Origin: Octopus bimaculoides
Lineage: Eukaryota
Direction: 5' to 3'
Length of the DNA: 54,337 nucleotides
Assembly (NCBI RefSeq): GCF_001194135.2
Contig: NC_068984.1
Location: forward strand, 63,360,559 to 63,414,895
Under the pieces are notes generated by a model, which did no database searches, was not told the origin of the DNA, and saw only the letters and a program-made list of their open reading frames with translations. The position numbers were made by a program, and so were the translations under genes. Shown piece after piece: positions 36,519 to 44,651 of the stretch (the first letter of the stretch is position 1; each line of letters opens with the position of its first letter).

Positions 36519-36730
36519 GACGGTCAGATGGAAGATTCGTTAGTATGCTGGGCAAAATGCTAAGCGGCATTTGGTGCAGCTTTACGTTCACAGTTCTAAT
36601 TCCACCGAGGTCGACTCTACTTTTCGTCATTTCTGTGTCGATAAAATAAGTTCCAGGTGAGCACTGGGGTCGATGTAATCGACTTACCCCACTCCAAAAT
36701 TTTTCTGGCCTTTTGTCATCATTTTAAACC
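36519..36730 (+). mobile_element. SINE family B, near full length
   Basis: TTCGTTAGTATGCTGGGCAAAATGCTAAGCGGCATTT...CCGAGGTCGACT...GTCGATAAAATAAG...CTGGGGTCGATGTAATCGACTTACCCC. Confidence 0.85.
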
Positions 36731-37204
36731 GACGGGAGCAATTTACTGCAGCATTTAACGGCTCGATATTATAATTTAATTTTAGTTACCTAAATGTAGC
36801 TGAATTTTAGAACGGTCATTCATCTGTTAAGAGAATGGGAATTTTACGTGACTATTACATTAATACACTGACCACTAATTCAATCACTTATTCTTGTGCA
36901 CAAACATTATTATAACACTTATGAATTTTACTATACAACAAAAGGAATAAGATTTTATTGGCCAAAAGATAATCAGGCAAAAGATGTCAATGTATTTTCT
37001 ATACGCTAAATCTAAAAAATATAGTCTTCTTGAATTTTTGGAGTCCTTCAACTATTGCACACGGCTCAAATTACTATTTTAGCTGAGTATGTATCATTAT
37101 GTCTGACATGTGCAATAATTAGTTTGAGCGCTGTAATTTTCACATTGTATTTACTAACTTTAGGTTTTAGCAAAATCATATTATTAATATTGATTTCGAT
37201 ATTC

Positions 37205-37398
37205 GGTACAAGACAATGCGAGTTCGTGGACGGGGCTAAGTCAATTACATGAACTCTAGAGCTTCACTGGTACACATTTTATCGACTCTGAAATGATGAA
37301 AGGCAAAGTCAACCTCAGTGGAATTTGAACTCTGAACGTAAAGCTGCACAGAATGCTGCTAAGCCTTGCGTATTAAGGATTCTGCCAGCTCGCTGCTT
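37205..37398 (-). mobile_element. SINE family B
   Basis: TTTTATCGACTCTGAAATGATGAAAGGCAAAGTCAACCTCAGTGGAATTTGAACTC...GATTCTGCCAGCTCGCTGC. Confidence 0.8.
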
Positions 37399-37431
37399 TC
37401 ATCATATTATTTATATTAGTATCTCTTTTTA

Positions 37432-37598
37432 AGGCGAATGTTTGAGGTGGTACCGCTAACTCGAAGGGCGAAATGGTAAGCAGCATTTCGTCCGTCGTCA
37501 AGTTCTGAGTTCAAATTCCAGCATTGCCGATTTTGCTTTACATCCTTTCGAGGTCAATAAAATAAATACCGGTTGAGCACTGGGGTCGATTTAATCGA
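37432..37598 (+). mobile_element. SINE family B, 3'-truncated just before the LTR
   Basis: GGGCGAAATGGTAAGCAGCATTTCGTCCG...GAGTTCAAATTCC...GAGCACTGGGGTCGATTTAATCGA. Confidence 0.8.
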
Positions 37599-37616
37599 GG
37601 TATTTCATAACACAAC

Positions 37617-38051
37617 TGTTATATATACCGATAAGATAATGAAGAGTGAGAACTTATCCTGTATTTTCCGAAGGTGGGGAGATAAACGTTTGTCAACGAC
37701 CGTTTGGCAGGAGTGAAATAACGTCGGTGTGAATAACCAAATATATATACGGGAAGTTAGCATAGTACGAGACAGGTAACCTTGTTCATTTCCTGTTAAC
37801 GAGCAAGGCAGGTAATCTCGAACTTCCTGTTAAAAAGGGGAGTGGGGAAGACAGCTGGAGCTTGGCGTGAATAGAACCAGAACGAGAGACGGAGCTGCAT
37901 ACTGGTCGGACCGTTCATTACCTACATTGAAACCATTGAGACTGGACATAATCTCCATAAATGAACATTTATTTCCCTGTTTGAACAATTTGTTGTTGCG
38001 ATCAGAAGTTTACCTCTTTTTCTTACATTATTAATTTGTCTGATCGTAATA
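37617..38051 (+). mobile_element. 5' LTR (about 435 bp) of a Gmr1-like Ty3/gypsy retrotransposon
   Basis: Starts TGTTA, ends TAATA (cf. TAACA), and is followed after 3 nt by a tRNA-Pro PBS. Its first 371 bp are repeated inverted at 38671-39041. Confidence 0.85.
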
Positions 38052-38054
38052 AAT

Positions 38055-38078
38055 TGGGGGCTCGCCCGGGATTTGAAC
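38055..38078 (+). promoter_or_regulatory. Primer-binding site complementary to the tRNA-Pro 3' end
   Basis: TGGGGGCTCGCCCGGGATTTGAAC versus the reverse complement of eukaryotic tRNA-Pro, TGGGGGCTCGTCCGGGATTTGAAC (1 mismatch). Confidence 0.9.
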
Positions 38079-38251
38079 TCTCGCACACACATTGTAAAAC
38101 AACTTTACAATTCACCTATGAACTGGTAGATTTTAAGTTTTTTTTTTTTTAAAGGGCTATATACAAAAATTTCTATTGCTAAAATACACATATTACCTGC
38201 ATAATTTTGTATCAACATTCGAAATTCTTCTGGTGAAACCAGTATTTAATC

Positions 38252-38669
38252 ATGGAATTTAAGATTGAAGAATTTATTGAATTTCCCAGTGTGGAGCAAT
38301 TGAGGATTTTTAAAAAAATCAGAATTGTTTTTATTGGCAAGGCATTACGATTTGGTGGAGGCTAAGTCTACCATGAACAAGAAAGAGCTTTTCAAAATGG
38401 TTTTGGAACATTTAGTTGATGAAGAAATTTTCGAAGATTCGGTTTTATCGAACGAAGCAAGTTTGAGTTACGAGGTGGTCAAACTGGCTATTCTAAAAGC
38501 GTATGAACTGGTCCCTGAAGCATATAGACAAAACTTCAGGCAGTCCAAGAAAAGAAGTGAGGATACCTATGTAGAATTTGCTAGAGAGAAGGAAAATTTG
38601 TTTGATAGGTGGTGTGTGTCAAAAGAAGTTGGGGAAGATTTTCACAAACTGAGGCAGCTTATATTATAA
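38252..38669 (+). pseudogene. Internally deleted Gmr1-like Gag with SCAN-related capsid segment
   Basis: MEFKIEEFIEFPSVEQLRIFKK/SELFLLARHY... (frameshift in the A7 run at 38312-38318), then YEVVKLAILKAYELVPEAYRQNFRQ...TYVEFAREKENLFDRWC...LRQLIL, the hallmark of Gmr1-type Gag and SCAN. Confidence 0.85.
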
Positions 38670-38670
38670 G

Positions 38671-39041
38671 TGTTCAAACAGGGAAGTAAATGTTCATTTA
38701 TGGAGATTATGTCTAGTCTCAATGATTTCAAGGTAGGTAGTGAACGGTCCGACCCGTATGCAGCTCCGTCTCTCGTTCTGGTTCTATTCACGCCAAGCCT
38801 CAGCTGTCTTCCCCACTCCCCTTTTTAACAGGAAGTACGAGATTACCTGCCTTGCTCGTTAACAGGAAGTGAACGAGGTTACCTGTCTCGTACCATGCTA
38901 ACTTCCTGTATATATATTTGGTTATTCATGCCGACGTTATTTCACTCCTGCCAAACGGTCGTTGACAAACGTTTATCTCGCCATCTTCGGAAAATATAGG
39001 GTAAGTTCTCACCCTTCATTATCTTATAGGTATACATAACA
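38671..39041 (-). mobile_element. Inverted copy of LTR nt 1-371
   Basis: Reverse complement of 37617-37987 with about 22 substitutions and no indels by manual count (about 94% identity). It ends TAACA, followed by CAAC. Confidence 0.92.
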
Positions 39042-39241
39042 CAACAATGTTAAGTTTTGCCCATTTTTAGAGTAGTCGTTAATAGTTACTTCTGAATCCT
39101 TGTTTCAACAGTCCGATATCGGTTTATCGTGGCAAACAATGCAGATAAAAATAAGATTTGAAATTATTGCATGCAGGATTTAACAGGTCTAGAATAACTC
39201 CGTCATAATCAGCCTATGAACGTCTCAGTCCCGCTTCTTAC

Positions 39242-39481
39242 GTGTATGTGCGTGTGTCTGTATCTATATGTCCAAAATGGCCGACAACGCTCTCTTATCT
39301 CGGTTTGTCAATCCCTATTGATGCACAAAAACCTCCCATGACCAAGGAAGCGGTGACAGAAACGAAAGTGCTGTGATGCACCTGGATATTGCCAAAAGCC
39401 TTTGACGTAGCCTTGTTGGATCTTGGTACCAACACCTTGAGCTGCATCGCTGGGTTAAGTATTCCATGTACTTGAATATGG
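39242..39481 (-). other. Candidate host exon (unassigned)
   Basis: A GC-richer unique block with a minus-strand acceptor TATTTCTTTCAG after a (TG)n tract and a CAC|GTAAGA donor at 39242/39241. Two frames stay open about 55-62 codons, but none spans the block. Confidence 0.3.
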
Positions 39482-41152
39482 CTGAAAGAAATACACACAC
39501 TCACACACACTCACACACACACTCACACACACACACACACACGCACATACATACTTGCATTCATACTAGAGAAGCGTAGTTCGCTATTTGCGTTGATCAT
39601 TTGTATTCTGACTAACCAAAAGTAGATGCTATAATTAGTAATTAACCAATACAGTCGAGATAAAAAAATAAATAATAACAATAGCAATAATAATAATAAT
39701 AACAATAACAACAACGACTACAGCAACAATAATAATGATTGCTGATGTCAAATTTTGACCTAAACGTGTGAGATTGTGAGTTAAGTTTTTCTAAGACTTT
39801 TAAACGCTCTGTTTAGTAGGTATATTCTTTCCTCTTTTTAAAGCAAGATGTCACTGTCCGAAGATAGCTGCAGTCCACAGCTGAAGACAGTAAAAGCATA
39901 AAATAATTCAAATATATCTCGATAGGATTTTTTTAAAAATATCAATCAGGTGAGAAATCGAAAGTTTATTCCTCTGATTTTTTATGTTTTATTATTTTTT
40001 TTTTTTGCATTTCTACATGACGTTCTGATGTACTTTACCACGAAAAGCAAATAGAAAGAAAAACGTCGATATTTAACTTGTATTTGTTTACGTCTATTGC
40101 TATTTACGTATGATTTAACATTTGTTTATCACAGCAGATTCCTATGTTTTCTTCTTTATACAANNNNNNNNNNNNNNNNNNNNNNNNNNNNNNNNNNNNN
40201 NNNNNNNNNNNNNNNNNNNNNNNNNNNNNNNNNNNNNNNNNNNNNNNNNNNNNNNNNNNNNNNNNNNNNNNNNNNNNNNNNNNNNNNNNNNNNNNNNNNN
40301 NNNNNNNNNNNNNNNNNNNNNNNNNNNNNNNNNNNNNNNNNNNNNNNNNNNNNNNNNNNNNNNNNNNNNNNNNNNNNNNNNNNNNNNNNNNNNNNNNNNN
40401 NNNNNNNNNNNNNNNNNNNNNNNNNNNNNNNNNNNNNNNNNNNNNNNNNNNNNNNNNNNNNNNNNNNNNNNNNNNNNNNNNNNNNNNNNNNNNNNNNNNN
40501 NNNNNNNNNNNNNNNNNNNNNNNNNNNNNNNNNNNNNNNNNNNNNNNNNNNNNNNNNNNNNNNNNNNNNNNNNNNNNNNNNNNNNNNNNNNNNNNNNNNN
40601 NNNNNNNNNNNNNNNNNNNNNNNNNNNNNNNNNNNNNNNNNNNNNNNNNNNNNNNNNNNNNNNNNNNNNNNNNNNNNNNNNNNNNNNNNNNNNNNNNNNN
40701 NNNNNNNNNNNNNNNNNNNNNNNNNNNNNNNNNNNNNNNNNNNNNNNATATATATATGTATACATATATATTAATATGCATATATAAGCATACAGGAATA
40801 CACACATGTATATGTTCAAGTGCGTGTGTGTGTACGTATTATATTATGAACGGTTGTTACGTTACTAGGGAACCCAATTCTGTTTTACGAGAGATTTTTC
40901 CGCTCCATCACACTCGGTTATTAAACCTACAGGTTTTCTCAACATTACGGCGCTTGTTTTTATTACTCGCATGTTCTTTATTTCTCTACACTTTCCATTC
41001 TCTCTGAATCTTTGAAGCACATGGGCGCGAAATATCAATCGCTATTATTTTCCTTCCTTTCATCAACGTCAAAAGAATAGTGAGTCTTCATTGAGGTATA
41101 CACACAAATATATACACGTCACCAAGCTACACACACACGCATACACACACTC

Positions 41153-41230
41153 ATACACACCAGCGTGCGCACACACACCAGCGTGCGCACACACACCAGC
41201 GTGTGCACACACACCAGCGTGCGCACACAC
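41153..41230. repeat. 18-bp minisatellite, about 4 copies
   Basis: ACACACACCAGCGTGCGC tandem units. Confidence 0.9.
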
Positions 41231-41275
41231 ATGCACGCACGCATACATATGTATGTACACACCCACATATATATT

Positions 41276-41901
41276 CAAAGTCTGATCAATAAGTATCCGG
41301 ACTGTTGCCATAGTAACAAAGCTAAATGAAACAGTATCGTCGCTTAGCAAATATTGACAATGAACCCTGCAGTGTATCTGCACTAAGTTTTAACTTTCTT
41401 GCTCACTTCCACTGTCTACAACAGTGCTTAGAAGGAGGGTGTGTAGCGAGAGATCGTGATATTGTCCATGACAGGGAAAGTTGTCTTGGCGATTCCTGCT
41501 CAGAGGCCTACGCAAAGTTGCAGAAAGTGTATAGAGAGGAGTGTGTGTGCTGCACACAAGTGTACGAGTGATTCAGACGTTTCCAAGATGACCGAAAAGA
41601 TGTCGATATTGACGAATGTTCTAGGAGACCCGCAACCAGCAGATCTGAGAAAGACATCGCAGATGTGTATGCAGATGTGAGGGGAAATTTTTGAATCACT
41701 TTCCGCGAGTTATCACAAGGCGTGCATATTAGTTACGGTTTAGTTCATTCCTTTATCACTGAAGATTTGGGTAGGAAACGCGTGTCTGTCAAGTTTGCTC
41801 GACAACTACATCCAGCTAACCAAACGGGCACTCAGGGTTTCAGTTGCACAAGTTCCTGACAGTGTTGAGAACGATGAAAACGTTTTGAAAACTTTGCGTA
41901 G
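41276..41901 (+). mobile_element. mariner-type transposon left end and N-terminal transposase relic, running into an N gap
   Basis: TIR-like CAAAGTCTGATCAATAAGTATCCGGACT next to a TA-rich flank. LGDSCSEAYAKLQKVY..TQVYE*FRRFQDDRKDV..RRPATSR..ISYGLVHSFITEDLGRKRVSVKF is a mariner HTH region with stops and frameshifts. Confidence 0.85.
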
Positions 41902-42621
41902 NNNNNNNNNNNNNNNNNNNNNNNNNNNNNNNNNNNNNNNNNNNNNNNNNNNNNNNNNNNNNNNNNNNNNNNNNNNNNNNNNNNNNNNNNNNNNNNNNNN
42001 NNNNNNNNNNNNNNNNNNNNNNNNNNNNNNNNNNNNNNNNNNNNNNNNNNNNNNNNNNNNNNNNNNNNNNNNNNNNNNNNNNNNNNNNNNNNNNNNNNNN
42101 NNNNNNNNNNNNNNNNNNNNNNNNNNNNNNNNNNNNNNNNNNNNNNNNNNNNNNNNNNNNNNNNNNNNNNNNNNNNNNNNNNNNNNNNNNNNNNNNNNNN
42201 NNNNNNNNNNATATATATACCAATCAACGATTATTTTATTGCTCTGCGTTTGAGAACGAAGATATTAACTACTTCCAATGTTATTACATGTAGCTTGACA
42301 ATTGTTTCCAGATCGCATTGTAATATATTAGTAAGCACAAGGATCTAGTTTCGCAAATTATTAAGGGAGAACCAAATTTATTATATGTATTAATGGGCAT
42401 CTCTCCACATCTCCTACTCACCCAAGAAACTTAGTATCAAACTCTTATTAAAAATATGAGTAACTCATGTCAAATGTATTGAGTTCCACTCTCATTCGTT
42501 TGTCCAATTACTCATATGCGTATACTCACCTACATATATACATGTTTACACACACACACAAACACACACACACACAAACAAACACCCCCCCCACACACAC
42601 ACACATACACACACACACACG

Positions 42622-42654
<33 letters not shown>

Positions 42655-42678
42655 TAATGGATAGGAAAGACAGTGTAC

Positions 42679-42774
42679 ATCATTTCGGTTTACATCTGCA
42701 CTTCTTAGTGGGTAGGGAACGGTATAATGGAGTCAAAATGCATCCCACAGTGTAGAAGAAACGACATCGGGTTA
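42679..42774 (-). repeat. Decayed inverted copy of the hammerhead-like module at 42807-42904
   Basis: ATCATTTCGGTTTAC..GCACTTCT..TAGTGGGTAGGGAAC..ATGGAGT..CCACA..CATCGGGTTA aligns to the reverse complement of 42807-42904. The core is mutated to CCGAUGUC and GAAAU. Confidence 0.75.
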
Positions 42775-42801
42775 CATAATACATTATAACACTCTAATGT
42801 A

Positions 42802-42945
42802 CTACATAACCTGATGAGGTTTATTCTGCTATGTGGAGTGCACTGAACTCCATGGTAACATTCCCCACCTACTAGGGAGAAGTACAAAGGTAAGCCGAAA
42901 CGATCGGGCATATTCAAAATATGCCCCGAGAAATTGTTTATGTAG
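42802..42945 (+). ncRNA. Hammerhead-ribozyme-like motif with an expanded stem II (Penelope-like pLTR candidate)
   Basis: CTGATGA at 42811-42817, stem II GGUUUA/UAAGCC around a 67-nt insert, and GAAAC at 42897-42901. Possible stem I CUACAUAAC / GUU(U)AUGUAG. The C15.2 partner is A rather than G. Confidence 0.55.
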
Positions 42946-43928
42946 ATCCAGCACCTATGAGTAGTACTGCAGATATACCTGGTAGTCGTGTGTGGTGAAT
43001 GTGCCCTCAAGGAATATTACTAGGGACATACTCCAAACAAGATTTGAATACTAGATTTTAGACTCTCCCATATAAACTTTAATTTTAAACATAACATTAT
43101 ATGTATATATAATTGTATTCAGTGCAAATGAGGCAATGAACAGTCAACAACGTGCTTGTTGACTTCTCGTTTGTAAAAGATGCATAAAATTAGACTGTTT
43201 CCCGTTCAGTAAAGAAAAGAAGTGAGATTGAGAAATGTAGTAAGAATCGATGTGTAGGATTATTTAATGTCGAGAAATTAGAAGCCGAAATTAATTAAAC
43301 AACTTATTACTATTTATCTAACAGATAAAGAGTGAAAATCAGAAACATAAACATGGTAGAAAACGATGAAATTACTTAGTGCAGATAAGTGATGCAGGAA
43401 AAATTGAAAGTAACAGATCCTTGTAATTCGTGTTTAACAAGGAATTGACAAAGTCAGTAGAGCGTGGAATAAAATACCTCGCAGGATTTGTTCCTTCTCG
43501 AGGTTGTTAGGACAAATCTATAGATTTCCTGCCTTCCTATTCAGAAAACTATAAATGCTATATTCCCATTGCTAGCAGTGATTGACGTTGAACAATCTGC
43601 AGTTAGAAAAGGTATGTACGGCCTCGCAGTGAAACAATAATATACTACAGTAAAGTTTGTAATTTGGCCAGTTGCAATTTGGCAGACGTAGTTTTAGAAA
43701 TAAGAGTTATAGAAGTACAGAGGAGGAGCATTAATAGTTGTAATTGCATAGAACTCAGTCCATGGCAGTGCAGAAACATCGGATTGCATGCCTTGTGGTT
43801 TGTTTTTGGTCTCCTTGTATGCAGATTTCAAATTCCTGCATAGCCTATTTGACAGGGTGACTTAATTGCCATCCCAATGAACAGCATCCCTTGTCACTTT
43901 CTGAATCTTCAGAGCAGTGTTAAAAGCA

Positions 43929-44068
43929 CATAATTATTTTGTGATCTTGAAAGTTCATGACCCATTACATGGACGTTGAGACTAGTGGGAGACGGGGAGA
44001 AAGATACGCTGGACTCCGAGACATAGACATAAGGGGTCATGTGCACTCAAGATCACAAAATAGTGATG
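43929..44068. mobile_element. Small MITE-like inverted-repeat element
   Basis: CATAATTATTTTGTGATCTTGAAAGTTCATGACCC ... GGGTCATGTGCACTCAAGATCACAAAATAGTGATG: about 35-bp imperfect arms around a 70-bp purine-rich core. Confidence 0.6.
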
Positions 44069-44450
44069 TAGCAGTTCAAAATGTATATACCTTTTTACAT
44101 TAGGAGACTATTAGAAATAATTCACAAATTTTGGAATTTTTACTAATTATCTTCATTTCATAAGCGTATAATTAATCATGGGGAAAATTAAATTAGAAAT
44201 ATTGATCTGATAAATAGTTTATGCATTAACAAAGAAGAATAAATAAGTTCACTTTAATACTAACTATTATTATTCGAATGAAAAATTTGGTTCGATAGTG
44301 GGAAAATGTAAGTTGTTTATTGGCTAATTAATTTACTACAATTACTGTTTTACAATAACAATTTCTTTATTTACAATGTCTGTTTACTAGTTATTATTAA
44401 AATTTCAATGTACAAAATGCATTTATATCTCATAATGATAATTCATTCTA

Positions 44451-44651
44451 CTATAGGTACAAGGTCAGTAAGTTTGAGGGAATGGGGCTAGGTGATTACA
44501 TCGTCCCTATTGCCCATGTGGTAGTCTTATAGCTACCCCGAAAGAATAGAAGTCAGCGTTATTAGAATTTAAACTCAGAATGTAAAGGGTCTGACGAATA
44601 GTCACAATGCATTTTGACCGGTGTGCTAACAATTCTTTCAACTCGTCGCCT
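44451..44651 (-). mobile_element. SINE family B, diverged
   Basis: GATTACATCG..CCCCGAAAG..GAATTTAAACTCAGAATGTAAAG..CCGGTGTGCTAACAATTCT..ACTCGTCGCC. Confidence 0.65.

Noticed and set aside
38305-38320. Programmed ribosomal frameshift at TTTTAAAAAAA in gag
   Set aside because: The shift needed is +1, it lies 22 codons into Gag rather than at gag-pol, and one extra A in a homopolymer explains it.
37617-39041. DIRS-type element (inverted terminal repeats)
   Set aside because: It has a tRNA PBS, TG..CA ends and Gmr1-type Gag, and no tyrosine recombinase or internal complementary region.
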